NCBI GenBank assembly: GCA_965229675.1
Contig: OZ245897.1
Location: 1,274,699-1,338,698 of the forward strand
Direction: 5' to 3'
Source of the DNA: Alphaproteobacteria bacterium
GTDB taxonomy: Bacteria > Pseudomonadota > Alphaproteobacteria > CBDDJK01
Length of the DNA: 64,000 bases
The position numbers and the translations under genes are program-made. Each line of letters begins with the position of its first letter. Within the stretch, counting starts at the first letter, position 1. The notes below the pieces were generated by a model that worked only from the letters and a program-made list of their open reading frames with translations, did not search any database and was not told where the DNA came from. Of the stretch, positions 35,210 to 45,463 are shown in pieces.

Positions 35210-35246
35210 ATTAAAATAAACCATCTTTTAAAGGAAGCCTATCATT

Positions 35247-35435
35247 ATGATCCTTAAATTAATTTGTGCTGGAACGATGGGGCTTGGTCTATCGTTAATT
35301 TCTAATCAAGTGGTTGCCCATATCGTTGCTGGAGGCACCACCCCCCATTTTCATTTATGGGAAGTTTTGGCATTGGCAGCAACTGTAATTGCTGGCGGTT
35401 ATACGCTTTATCGTAAACTGAAAAGCGGTAAATAA
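35247..35435 (+). CDS. Small exported/membrane His-containing protein, first gene of cob operon
   Basis: SD AAAGGA; signal-like N-terminus ending VA-H, PHFH, one TM, basic tail; ends 6 bp before cbiX. Confidence 0.7.
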   Translation: MILKLICAGTMGLGLSLISNQVVAHIVAGGTTPHFHLWEVLALAATVIAGGYTLYRKLKSGK

Positions 35436-35441
35436 GACATC

Positions 35442-36587
35442 ATGTTACAGCTTGAAGCAGGCGCACCATCAACGGGAATTATGCTATGTGGGCATGGCTC
35501 GCGCTCCCAATCCGCCACAACTGAATTTCAAGAAATGGTTGAACGCTTTCGTAAAGTGGCAGGATCAACGCCTGTTGATTATGGCTTTCTTGAATTTCAA
35601 ACCCCCATCATTCGAGACGGCCTTGATCGGTTAAGAAAACAAGGGGTAAAGCGAATCCTTGCAACCCCCATTATGCTATTTGCCGCAGGTCATGCCAAAA
35701 ATGATATTCCTTCGGTGCTTAATCGCTATGCTGCTGAGGAGGGGATTGATATTCGCTATGGACGGGATCTTGGCGTTGATCGTCAAATGATTCAAGCGGC
35801 GGCTGAACGGGTTGAAGAAGCCATTGCACAAGCCGATGAAGCCAATGGCCATGTTCCAATTTATGAAACTTGTTTGGTGGTGATAGGGCGCGGCGCATCC
35901 GATCCCGATGCAAATTCCAATGTGACAAAAATTGCGCGTATGTTGTGGGAAGGGATGGGATTCGGCTGGTGCGAAACAGGCTTTTCGGGCGTTACCTTTC
36001 CATTGGTTGCCCCTTGTTTGGAACATGTCGCCAAGCTTGGCTATAAGCGGGTTATTGTCTTTCCTTATTTTTTATTTTCAGGGATATTGGTTGATCGGAT
36101 TTATGGTTTTACGGATGAGGTTGCAAAACAACATCCTGAAATTGAATTTGTCAAAGCAAGCTATATCAGCCACCATCACGGCATGATCAATACATGCATG
36201 GATCGTGTGCAAGAGATTCTTGATGGAACGAATCACATGAATTGCAGCTTGTGTAAATATCGTGCGCAAGTATTGGGCTTTGAACAAGAGGTTGCATTAC
36301 CACAACAATCGCATCATCATCACGTTGAGGGACAAGGCCTATCCGCCCCTGGAAGTAATGTTGAAGATTGCGTATTATGCGATGATTTTTGCACTGGCGT
36401 ATGTCGTTTGGATCAAATGGATCATCATCACCATGATCACCATCATGGTCATGGGCATGATCACGGGCATCATCATGAACACCACCATGAGCATGGGCAT
36501 GATCACCACCACCCGCCACATCCTCATCGCGATCATCCGCTTGGCCCGCGTTCGGCTGAAAAATTCCGTAAAAAAAATACATCATAA
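35442..36587 (+). CDS. cbiX: Sirohydrochlorin cobaltochelatase CbiX (long form, His-rich tail)
   Basis: GHGSR, AAGHAKNDIP, MNCSLC Fe-S motif, poly-His C-terminus. Confidence 0.92.
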   Translation: MLQLEAGAPSTGIMLCGHGSRSQSATTEFQEMVERFRKVAGSTPVDYGFLEFQTPIIRDGLDRLRKQGVKRILATPIMLFAAGHAKNDIPSVLNRYAAEEGIDIRYGRDLGVDRQMIQAAAERVEEAIAQADEANGHVPIYETCLVVIGRGASDPDANSNVTKIARMLWEGMGFGWCETGFSGVTFPLVAPCLEHVAKLGYKRVIVFPYFLFSGILVDRIYGFTDEVAKQHPEIEFVKASYISHHHGMINTCMDRVQEILDGTNHMNCSLCKYRAQVLGFEQEVALPQQSHHHHVEGQGLSAPGSNVEDCVLCDDFCTGVCRLDQMDHHHHDHHHGHGHDHGHHHEHHHEHGHDHHHPPHPHRDHPLGPRSAEKFRKKNTS

Positions 36588-36611
36588 TTTTGTTTTGATT
36601 TTATCATTATA

Positions 36612-37262
36612 ATGTATTCCTATGAGAAAAATCCAGATGCGATTTATCAACAATCCTTTGGATTGATTCAAAAACATTTACAGGAAATCCCTGAACTTAA
36701 CGCTTTACCTGATTTATTCTTGCAGGTAATTATTCGGATGATTCATGCTTGCGGAATCCTTGAACTTCATGAACAGCTTGCATGGTCGGATAATTTGTTG
36801 GAAGGCGCAGTTGAAGGGCTAGAACAACCAGAACCCCATATTTTCTGTGATTGTAAAATGGTGGCTGCGGGTTGCATTCCAAGATTATTTCCAGCTTCGA
36901 CCGAATTTATCGTGACCCTTGATGATAAGGAAACGCTTCCCCTATCGCGATTGATGGGAACAACAAGATCGGCCGCCGCCCTTGAATTATGGTCACAACA
37001 ACGGATGCAATCGGGAATTGTTGTGATTGGCAATGCACCAACTGCGCTTTTTCATCTGCTTGAAGGCATAGAAGAAGGGCGTTTTCCTGAACCCGCCCTT
37101 ATTCTTGGCTTTCCCGTTGGTTTTGTTGGCGCTGCAGAATCAAAACAGGCATTGGTTGAGTTCCCCTTTAAACGGTCAGCCTATATGACATTATTGGGTA
37201 ATCAAGGCGGCTCGGCGATTGCGGCGGCAGCGGCAAACGGGCTTGCGTCTTCCTTACTATGA
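36612..37262 (+). CDS. cobH: Precorrin-8X methylmutase
   Basis: IYQQSF, RMIHA, GNAPTAL, PVGFVGAAESK. Confidence 0.96.
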   Translation: MYSYEKNPDAIYQQSFGLIQKHLQEIPELNALPDLFLQVIIRMIHACGILELHEQLAWSDNLLEGAVEGLEQPEPHIFCDCKMVAAGCIPRLFPASTEFIVTLDDKETLPLSRLMGTTRSAAALELWSQQRMQSGIVVIGNAPTALFHLLEGIEEGRFPEPALILGFPVGFVGAAESKQALVEFPFKRSAYMTLLGNQGGSAIAAAAANGLASSLL

Positions 37263-38503
37263 GTATCTGGTTAACGCTAATTGGGGTGGAAGAATCAGGC
37301 ATAGAAGCCTTATCCCCTGAAATACAAGAACATTTACAAGCCGCTGATTATATTTTTGCTTCCTCAAGATTTCATGCAGCAATCAAAGCCCTTTGCAAAA
37401 ATTCAATCTGTGAATCATGGCCAAGCCCGTTTGACAAGCTATATGATAGGCTAATGGCCTGCAAAGCTAAAAACAAGCAAGTGGCTGTGTTGGCAACGGC
37501 TGATCCGCAATGGTTTGGTGTGGGCGGAATGCTTGCACGTCATTTTCGTGCAGAGGAGATGAGCATTTACCCAGCACGCTCCAGCTTTTCACTTGCGGCG
37601 GCCAAGTTAGGGTGGGCGATTGACCAAACGCAATGTTTAAGTGTCCATGGGCGACCCGTTTCACGGTTGCGCACCAAACTAATTACCCAAGCCCAATTAT
37701 TGATCTTGCCAAAATCAGGTGAAACGCCGCTTGAACTGGCGCATTTACTGATGGAGCAGGGCTATGATGAAACAATGCTTCATATTTTAGCGCATCTTGG
37801 CAGTAATCAAGAACAATATTTTGACCCAATTACGGTGAAAGAACTTATAAAATCAAAGCAAATATACCCAAATTTTCATATTATAGGAGTGAAATTGCCC
37901 CCTTTATCCCCCAATCATCAGCAATTTGTTCCTCCTGGAATGCCTGATGATGCCTTTCATCATGATGGCACGCTTACAAAGCGGGATGTACGGGCAGCTG
38001 CGCTTATTCGGTTGAACCCATTTCCTAATGCGTGTTTATGGGATCTTGGTTGCGGCGCAGGTTCGATTGCAGTTGAATGGGCTTTACTTAGCCAAACTGG
38101 TCACGCTTATGCGGTGGAGCATCGCAAAGACCGCATGGCACTTTTAAAGGAAAATATGCGTAAATTCGGCGTTGAATCTGCCATTCATTGTTTTAATCAA
38201 TCCATAGAAAGCGCACTTGATGAGCTTCCTGATCCTGATGCCGTGTTTGTGGGCGGGGGCTTAAGCGAATCCGTTATCCAAAAGGCATTTCATCGCCTGC
38301 GCCTTGGCGGAGTGTTAGTCGCCCATGCAGTTACTTTGGAAGGCGAAGCCAGCCTATTAAATTATTATTTATCTGCAAAAAATCTTGGGGATAATTGCCA
38401 GTTAATTCGCCATTCCCAAGCATTTAGTGAACCAATTACCGATCATTATGCTGTGATGCGCCCTGCCATGCAGGTTACCCAGCTTATTTTAAGAAAAGCC
38501 TAG
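37259..38503 (+). CDS. cobL: Precorrin-6Y C5,15-methyltransferase (CbiE-CbiT fusion)
   Basis: SVHGR, TKRDVR, WDLGCGAGSIAVEW, PDAVFVGGG. Confidence 0.93.
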   Translation: MSIWLTLIGVEESGIEALSPEIQEHLQAADYIFASSRFHAAIKALCKNSICESWPSPFDKLYDRLMACKAKNKQVAVLATADPQWFGVGGMLARHFRAEEMSIYPARSSFSLAAAKLGWAIDQTQCLSVHGRPVSRLRTKLITQAQLLILPKSGETPLELAHLLMEQGYDETMLHILAHLGSNQEQYFDPITVKELIKSKQIYPNFHIIGVKLPPLSPNHQQFVPPGMPDDAFHHDGTLTKRDVRAAALIRLNPFPNACLWDLGCGAGSIAVEWALLSQTGHAYAVEHRKDRMALLKENMRKFGVESAIHCFNQSIESALDELPDPDAVFVGGGLSESVIQKAFHRLRLGGVLVAHAVTLEGEASLLNYYLSAKNLGDNCQLIRHSQAFSEPITDHYAVMRPAMQVTQLILRKA

Positions 38504-38507
38504 AAGC

Positions 38508-39233
38508 ATGATAAAATTGGAAGCGACAAAAACAGGTGCAACCCTTTACGGGGTTGGGGTTGGGCCTGGTGATCCTGAATTGGTTACCCGCAAGGCGTGG
38601 CGATTGATCAAGGAAGCTGAAGTCATTGCCTATTGCGCCGCCGAAGATAAATCAAGTTTTGCGTATTCAATCGTGACGGAGGCAATTTCAGAAAATGCAG
38701 AACAGATTATTTTATCCTTACCGATGAAAACTGCCCGCGAACCTGCAAGACAGGTTTACGATCAAGGCGCAGAACAGATCAAACAAAAAATTGATCAAGG
38801 GCAATCGGTGGTAATGCTGTGTGAAGGCGATCCCATGACTTACGGATCTTTTATTTATGTGCTGGAACGCTTACGCAATCAAGTGCCAATTCAGGTGGTG
38901 GCAGGGGTTAGCTCCCCACAAGCGGCTGCGGCTGCGGCTCTGCAACCTTTGGTTTGCCGCAATGAACAGCTTTTAATTTTGCCTGCAACCTTGGAAGAAA
39001 CGGCGTTGGAACAAGCAATTCTTCAATCAGAAACCGTTGTTTTGTTAAAATGTGGACGACATCTTGGCAAAATTGCGGCAATGCTTAATCGGCTCAACCT
39101 AATGGAGAAAGCACTTTACATTGCTCATGCAAGCCTTGAGGCACAGCAAATCATGCCGTTAAGTAAAGCCCCACAAAATGCCCCTTATTTTTCACTTATT
39201 TTGATTTGTCGTGGCGAGCAGGCACCCTTATGA
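38508..39233 (+). CDS. cobI: Precorrin-2 C20-methyltransferase
   Basis: GVGVGPGDPELVT, EGDPMTYGS, PYFS. Confidence 0.94.
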   Translation: MIKLEATKTGATLYGVGVGPGDPELVTRKAWRLIKEAEVIAYCAAEDKSSFAYSIVTEAISENAEQIILSLPMKTAREPARQVYDQGAEQIKQKIDQGQSVVMLCEGDPMTYGSFIYVLERLRNQVPIQVVAGVSSPQAAAAAALQPLVCRNEQLLILPATLEETALEQAILQSETVVLLKCGRHLGKIAAMLNRLNLMEKALYIAHASLEAQQIMPLSKAPQNAPYFSLILICRGEQAPL

Positions 39234-41089
39234 TGCATCCCGTCATTATCGCCCTTACTGAACAAGGAGGGAAATTAGCAACAACCCTTGCCGATGGTTT
39301 AAATGGTAAAAGCGCAGGCTATCGTCCCCGTTGTGATGGATTGGATCATATTTTTGATGCACCACTTCCCTTTATTCAAAGCCAATTCACCGCAGGCTAT
39401 CCCATTATTTTCATCGGGGCTTGCGGCATTGTTATCCGGGCGATTGCACCTTTTTTATCGTCCAAGCAACAAGACCCACCCGTTATTGTTCTTGATGAGG
39501 AAGCACAAACCATCCTGCCCTTATTGGGTGCGCATCATGGTGGGATTAAACTTGCAAACGCAGTAAAACAAATTACAGGCGGCGCAATTATCTTTACCAG
39601 TGCAGGCGATCAAACATGGGGCGTTGCCCTTGATGCCCCGCCTGAGGGATGGACGCTGATAAATCCCGAACAAGCAAAACCCGTAATGGCGCGCTTGCTA
39701 GCAGGGGAACAGGCTAAATTAAAAGGTGAAGAAAGCGAATCGCTTGCAGATTTCTTAACCAATGTCCCACAAGCGGCTGATGGCACGGTGGATTTAATCG
39801 CTTCCGCCCATCCTCAAAAATTAAATGGTAATGCGTTACATTATTGCCCACGCCGCTATGTAATTGGTGTGGGCTGTATTCGCGATTGTGTGCCTGATCA
39901 GCTTCATGAGTTTGTTGCAGCTACCCTTGAAGCGAATAACATTCTACCGCAAGCCATCCTTGCCTTTGGCACGATTGACTTAAAAGAGGACGAACCCGCT
40001 ATCCGTCAATTAGCGGAAACCTATCACGTGCCTTTACGCTTATTTAAACCTTCTGAATTGGAAGCAATGACCCCTGAATTATCTGAACCTTCCACCATTG
40101 TTTATAATGAGGTCGGTTGCCATGGAGTAAGCGAGGCTGCAGCACGCTTAATGGCAGGGGAGAATGGGTCACTTGTTCTGCCTAAACAGAAAATCGCTGA
40201 GGCAACATTGGCAATCGCCAAATTACCCCTAACCCACAATATCGTCACTGACCCTACAAAACTTGGTGGGCGGGCTACTGGTAAATTAATGTTGGTCGGG
40301 ATTGGGCCTGGACAAGCAGCATGGCGAACGCCAGAAGCGGATCAAGCCCTGTATGAGGCTGATCTTGTTTTAGGGTATCATTATTATCTTGATTTATTAA
40401 AAGTACCTGCAGAACGCGCCATGCGCTTTGATCTTGGTGCAGAAGAAGATCGTTGTCGAATGGCACTTGAGCTAGCAGCAGAGGGGAAGAAAATTGCGCT
40501 TGTTTCTTCGGGCGATATTGGCATTTATGCGATGGCATCACTGGTTTATGAATTATGTGGGCGTTCACAAGAAGCAGGCGGCGTATCAGAAGCGGCAAAA
40601 CGCATAGAAATCGTAACCGCACTTGGTATTTCAGCATTTCAAGCAGCCGCCGCACTTGCTGGTGCGCCGATGGGGCATGATTTTTGTTTAATTTCGTTAT
40701 CCGATTTGCTGACCCCACGTGAAACAATTTTAACGCGCGTGAAAGCCGCTGCCATGGGTGATTTTGTCATTGCTTTTTATAATCCCGTATCCAAAAAACG
40801 CACGCAATTATTTGATGATGCGGTTGATCTGTTACGTGCCAATAGACCAGCCACAACCCCTGTTATTATTGCACGCCAATTGGGAAGACCTGATCAAACT
40901 TGCCACATCACGCAATTAGAAACGCTGCATAGCAGCCAAATTGATATGTTTACTTTGGTGATTATTGGTTCAAGCCAAACCAAAACCCTTAAATCGGGTT
41001 GGGGTGAACGCTGCTATACACCCCGAGGATATATGGGGGGGTATATAGAAAATAAAGAATCTTCAATTAAGAAAGCACAAAACGCATGA
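39230..41089 (+). CDS. cobJ: CbiG-CobJ fusion (precorrin-3B C17-methyltransferase)
   Basis: N-terminal CbiG (DPPVIVLDE, GVGC, GVSEAAA); C-terminal GIGPG, SSGDIGIY, HDFCLISLSDLLTP, TPRGY; start placed at ATG overlapping the cobI stop. Confidence 0.92.
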   Translation: MMHPVIIALTEQGGKLATTLADGLNGKSAGYRPRCDGLDHIFDAPLPFIQSQFTAGYPIIFIGACGIVIRAIAPFLSSKQQDPPVIVLDEEAQTILPLLGAHHGGIKLANAVKQITGGAIIFTSAGDQTWGVALDAPPEGWTLINPEQAKPVMARLLAGEQAKLKGEESESLADFLTNVPQAADGTVDLIASAHPQKLNGNALHYCPRRYVIGVGCIRDCVPDQLHEFVAATLEANNILPQAILAFGTIDLKEDEPAIRQLAETYHVPLRLFKPSELEAMTPELSEPSTIVYNEVGCHGVSEAAARLMAGENGSLVLPKQKIAEATLAIAKLPLTHNIVTDPTKLGGRATGKLMLVGIGPGQAAWRTPEADQALYEADLVLGYHYYLDLLKVPAERAMRFDLGAEEDRCRMALELAAEGKKIALVSSGDIGIYAMASLVYELCGRSQEAGGVSEAAKRIEIVTALGISAFQAAAALAGAPMGHDFCLISLSDLLTPRETILTRVKAAAMGDFVIAFYNPVSKKRTQLFDDAVDLLRANRPATTPVIIARQLGRPDQTCHITQLETLHSSQIDMFTLVIIGSSQTKTLKSGWGERCYTPRGYMGGYIENKESSIKKAQNA

Positions 41090-41871
41090 CCGTTTATTTT
41101 ATTGGTGCAGGGCCTGGTGATCCTGATTTAATTACCGTTAAAGGCTTGCGCTTGATCAGCCAAGCCCAATTTTGCCTTTATGCGGGATCACTGGTACCAC
41201 CAGCCATTGTTGACGCTGCGCCTACAGGGGCAACCGTCATCGATACAGCTTCCCTCACCCTAGATCAAATTATCGAATATTGCATTGAAGCTGAGCAACA
41301 AGGGCAGGATGTGGCACGGGTGCATTCTGGTGACCCATCGCTTTATGGGGCAACAGGGGAGCAAATGCGCCGCCTTGACCAGCTTGGCATTGATTATGAA
41401 GTTATTCCAGGGGTTCCAGCTTATACGGCGGCGGCCGCTAAATTAAAACTTGAATTAACGGTGCCAGAAATCACCCAATCGGTTATCTTAACCCGAACCA
41501 CAATGAAATCCACGTCAATGCCAGAAGGCGAAACATTAGAAAATTTTGCACGGACGGGCGCAGCATTGATGATTCATCTCTCCGTTAGGAATTTACGTCA
41601 TATTGAACGTGAGCTTATTCCATATTACGGGGAAGATTGCCCTGTTATCATTGCTTATCGCGTTGGTTGGCCAGATGAACAATTTATTCACACGCAATTA
41701 AATTCATTATATGAAAGCGCGCGTAAGGAAAAAATTACACGCACCGCCTTGATTATGGTTGGAAAAGGGCTTGAGACCAATAGCGATTTACCAATAAATA
41801 CGATCAAGGATAGCGCACTTTATAGCCCCGATCATGTTCATATCTTGCGACCTAAGCGCAATGAAGACTAA
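41086..41871 (+). CDS. cobM: Precorrin-4 C11-methyltransferase
   Basis: GAGPGDPDLIT, YAGSLV, HSGDPSLYG. Confidence 0.96.
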   Translation: MTVYFIGAGPGDPDLITVKGLRLISQAQFCLYAGSLVPPAIVDAAPTGATVIDTASLTLDQIIEYCIEAEQQGQDVARVHSGDPSLYGATGEQMRRLDQLGIDYEVIPGVPAYTAAAAKLKLELTVPEITQSVILTRTTMKSTSMPEGETLENFARTGAALMIHLSVRNLRHIERELIPYYGEDCPVIIAYRVGWPDEQFIHTQLNSLYESARKEKITRTALIMVGKGLETNSDLPINTIKDSALYSPDHVHILRPKRNED

Positions 41872-41947
41872 TCGCTTGCATTTTCGTGAAGTTTACGCAA
41901 TAAGAATGAATAATATGTATGTTTTAAAGGAGTCGAATTAGGACAAT

Positions 41948-43921
41948 ATGGTTGCCATTACCCTTGCCGATGGGTCTATTAAACATTATGAAGCGGCTGT
42001 ATCCCCGCTGAATATCGCCCAATCAATCAGTAAATCCTTGGCTAAAAAGGTCATATTTGCAAAAGTCGATCATCAAGATTGGGATCTTGAGCGTATCATT
42101 GAACAGGATGCAACGGTTGAATTAATCACCCGTGATGATCCACGCGCCCTTCCTTTGTTACGCCATGACTGTGCGCATGTATTGGCGATGGCCGTTCAAG
42201 AATTATTTCCTGGTACGCAAATTACCTTTGGCCCTTCGATTGAAGATGGGCTTTATTATGATTTTTATCGTGAAACGCCATTTTCAACCGAAGATTTTTC
42301 AGCAATCGAACAACGGATGAAAGAGATTGTTGCACGCGATGTTGCGATTGTAAGGGAAGTTTGGGATCGCCAATCCGTCTATGAATTTTTCAAAAAAATT
42401 GGCGAAGATTTTAAGGCGGAATGGGTCTTGGAACTCCCTGATAAAGAAACAATTACCATGTACCGTCAAGGGGATTGGATTGATCTATGCCGTGGGCCGC
42501 ATCTAACCTCAACGGGTAAATTGGGAACCGCCTTTAAGCTTACTAAACTTGCAGGGGCTTATTGGCGGGGCGATGCGTCTAATCCACAACTACAGCGCAT
42601 TTACGCCACTTGTTGGCGTGATGAAAAAGAACTTGCGGCTTATCTTATGCGTATCGAAGAAGCAGAACGCCGTGACCATCGTAAACTTGGAAAAGCTTTG
42701 TCTTTGTTTCATTTGCAAGAAGAAGCCCGTGGCAGTGTCTTTTGGCACCCTAACGGTTGGATGCTTTATCGCCAATGCCAAATTTATATACGCAATCGCC
42801 AAGATATGGCGGGCTATAAGGAAGTGAATACTCCCCAGCTTGTTGATCGAACCTTATGGGAACAATCAGGACATTGGGATAAATTCCGTGAACATATGTT
42901 TATTGCCGAAGTTGATGAATCACAAGGGAATGAAGTCACCCAAGAACAAGATGAAGCAGCCCATCATTGCACAGATCAGCACCGCACGATGGCCTTAAAA
43001 CCAATGAATTGTCCTGGCCATGTTCAGATTTTTCGCCAAGGCGTGCGTAGCTATCGTGATTTACCGTTACGCTTTGCTGAGTTTGGCTCTTGTCATCGTT
43101 ATGAACCTTCTGGCGCACTACATGGCCTAATGCGGGTGCGCGCTTTTACCCAAGATGATGGGCATATTTTTTGTACCGAAGCCCAAATTGAATCTGAAAC
43201 AAAGCGATTTATCGATTTATTATCCAGCATTTATAAAGATTTTGGCTTTGAAGATTATCATATTAAATTTTCTGATCGCCCGCCTAAGCGTGCTGGTTCT
43301 GACGAGGTTTGGGATAAAGCAGAAGCGGCTTTGATGAGTGCAACCAAAGCGGCGGGTAAAACGGTTGCACTTAATCCAGGGGAAGGTGCGTTTTATGGTC
43401 CCAAACTTGAATTTGTTTTAACCGATGCGATTGGGCGTGATTGGCAATGTGGTACGTTACAAGTTGACTTTGTCTTGCCTGAACGCCTTGATGCACAATA
43501 TATTGGCGAGGATGGGCTTAAACATCGCCCTGTGATGCTCCATCGCGCAATTTTAGGATCGTTTGAACGCTTTATTGGCATTTTAATTGAACAATTTGCT
43601 GGACGCTTCCCGTTTTGGTTGGCACCTATACAAATTGTTGTTGCAACTATTACTTCCGAGGCGGATACTTATGCAAATGAGGTGATTGAACGCTTGGAAG
43701 CCGAGGGTTTACGGGTAAAAGCCGATTTACGTAACGAGAAAATTAATTATAAAATTCGTGAGCATTCTCATCAATTTATTCCAACCATCGCGGTTGTTGG
43801 TAAGAAAGAAGCCGAAGAAGGCAAGCTTGCCTTACGGCAATTAGGCAGTGACCAACCCCAAAAGATTATTCCGCTTGAAGAGGCGATTGCCTTATTTCAG
43901 GCACAAAATAAAATTGGTTAA
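41948..43921 (+). CDS. thrS: Threonine--tRNA ligase
   Basis: [36 protein letters not shown]. Confidence 0.99.
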   Translation: MVAITLADGSIKHYEAAVSPLNIAQSISKSLAKKVIFAKVDHQDWDLERIIEQDATVELITRDDPRALPLLRHDCAHVLAMAVQELFPGTQITFGPSIEDGLYYDFYRETPFSTEDFSAIEQRMKEIVARDVAIVREVWDRQSVYEFFKKIGEDFKAEWVLELPDKETITMYRQGDWIDLCRGPHLTSTGKLGTAFKLTKLAGAYWRGDASNPQLQRIYATCWRDEKELAAYLMRIEEAERRDHRKLGKALSLFHLQEEARGSVFWHPNGWMLYRQCQIYIRNRQDMAGYKEVNTPQLVDRTLWEQSGHWDKFREHMFIAEVDESQGNEVTQEQDEAAHHCTDQHRTMALKPMNCPGHVQIFRQGVRSYRDLPLRFAEFGSCHRYEPSGALHGLMRVRAFTQDDGHIFCTEAQIESETKRFIDLLSSIYKDFGFEDYHIKFSDRPPKRAGSDEVWDKAEAALMSATKAAGKTVALNPGEGAFYGPKLEFVLTDAIGRDWQCGTLQVDFVLPERLDAQYIGEDGLKHRPVMLHRAILGSFERFIGILIEQFAGRFPFWLAPIQIVVATITSEADTYANEVIERLEAEGLRVKADLRNEKINYKIREHSHQFIPTIAVVGKKEAEEGKLALRQLGSDQPQKIIPLEEAIALFQAQNKIG

Positions 43922-43964
43922 TTTTTTATGTATCAACTAACTTAAAGAAAAAAAGGAGACTCCC

Positions 43965-44504
43965 ATCCGTAAACCATCCCAGACCCAGATTCCAAGCAAA
44001 GAAGGCCCACGTGTTAATGATGAAATTACCGAAACAATCATTCATCTTATCGGGCATGATGGCACAAATTATAACCGTATGGCGACAGCTGAAGCGATTA
44101 AAATGGCTGAAGAGGTTGAATTAGACCTTGTTGAGATTTCACCTAACGCTGAACCGCCTGTTTGCAAAATCCTTGATTATGGAAAATATAAATATGAATT
44201 GCAAAAACGCCGCCATGAAGCGCGTAAAAAGCAAAAAACAATTGAGGTTAAAGAGGTTAAATTCCGTCCAAACATTGAACAGCATGATTATGAGGTTAAA
44301 ATTCGCCAAGTAACTAAATTTTTAAGCGATGGCGATAAAGTTAAAATCACCTTACGCTTCCGTGGACGGGAAATGGCACATCAGGAATTGGGTATGGAGG
44401 TATTAAACCGTATCCGTGAAGAATTAAGCGAAACCGCCAAGATTGATCAGGAACCTAATTTTGAAGGGCGTCAAGTAATGATGCTGCTAAGCCCAATTAA
44501 ATGA
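43965..44504 (+). CDS. infC: Translation initiation factor IF-3, non-canonical ATC start
   Basis: SD AGGAG then in-frame ATC at 43965 giving (M)[20 protein letters not shown]..., 38 codons upstream of the track ORF; [22 protein letters not shown]. Confidence 0.9.
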   Translation: MRKPSQTQIPSKEGPRVNDEITETIIHLIGHDGTNYNRMATAEAIKMAEEVELDLVEISPNAEPPVCKILDYGKYKYELQKRRHEARKKQKTIEVKEVKFRPNIEQHDYEVKIRQVTKFLSDGDKVKITLRFRGREMAHQELGMEVLNRIREELSETAKIDQEPNFEGRQVMMLLSPIK

Positions 44505-44540
44505 CCTATTAGAGTATTTTCATTTTAGTAAAAAATTAAC

Positions 44541-45431
44541 TTACTGGATTGTAAAACCGTTCTTTGCACCAAGTTCAAAGTTGCCCGCTTGGACATTCAT
44601 AAGCCAATCAGCAGATTTTTTAACGCCACCTAACGGATAAAGATGGCAACCAGTGATACCGCATTGTGGATCATTTGCGCGATAATTGGCAAGATCACGG
44701 GTTAGCTTATCAGGTTCATTAACCACCAATAATTTTGCAAGATTACCTGCTTGACGGGTTAAGACCCGCATCGAAGCCCCTATCCCGCAAGCTTGTGCGT
44801 GTTTTAATAAGGTTTTTAATGTTGCAAGTCCTGGAATACCGATATGAATTGGCAAGCGATTATTCGCTTCTGCGCGAATGTGGCGATCCCATGCAATGAT
44901 GGGTTCTGCTTCAAAGCAAAATTGCGTCACAAGATAAAATTCGATGGAAGAATCGGCAGCGTAAGCATTTTTATCCCGCAATGCCTGCAAAATATCTGGT
45001 TCTGGTATATCAGGCGAACCTTCAGGATGCCCCGCAAGGCCAATTTTACGAAACCCATATTGTTCAAATAATCCTAATTTCAAAATATCTAATGAAGAAT
45101 GATATGGACCAAGCGGTTGATCAACACCGCCAGCAATCAACAAGGCTTGATCAATGGATAAAGCAGAAAACCCTTCCAATAATTGGGTTAACATCGCTTC
45201 ACTTTGCACAGAACGCGCGGCAATATGTGGAATTGGAGCATAGCCTTCTTGCTTAAGGCGTTCACAGGCGATTATCGTATCTTTACTATCGCTTCCTGGC
45301 AAAAAAGTTACATAAACCCGTTGGTTTTTTGTAAAAATATCTTCCAAATTTTCTAACTTAGCCAAGCCATTTGGCGTAACTTCAAGGCTACAATCTGCCA
45401 TAAATTTCTTAATTGCGGTGGTTTCTTCCAT
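44541..45431 (-). CDS. metF: Methylenetetrahydrofolate reductase family protein
   Basis: PHIAAR, AGHPEG, VTQFCFE motifs. Confidence 0.8.
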   Translation of the reverse strand: MEETTAIKKFMADCSLEVTPNGLAKLENLEDIFTKNQRVYVTFLPGSDSKDTIIACERLKQEGYAPIPHIAARSVQSEAMLTQLLEGFSALSIDQALLIAGGVDQPLGPYHSSLDILKLGLFEQYGFRKIGLAGHPEGSPDIPEPDILQALRDKNAYAADSSIEFYLVTQFCFEAEPIIAWDRHIRAEANNRLPIHIGIPGLATLKTLLKHAQACGIGASMRVLTRQAGNLAKLLVVNEPDKLTRDLANYRANDPQCGITGCHLYPLGGVKKSADWLMNVQAGNFELGAKNGFTIQ

Positions 45432-45463
45432 TGCTCCTCCTATTAAAATGAACAGATTACTTT

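Noticed and set aside
36420-36540. Repetitive CAT/CAC-rich tract as a possible array
   Set aside because: It is the poly-His coding tail of CbiX
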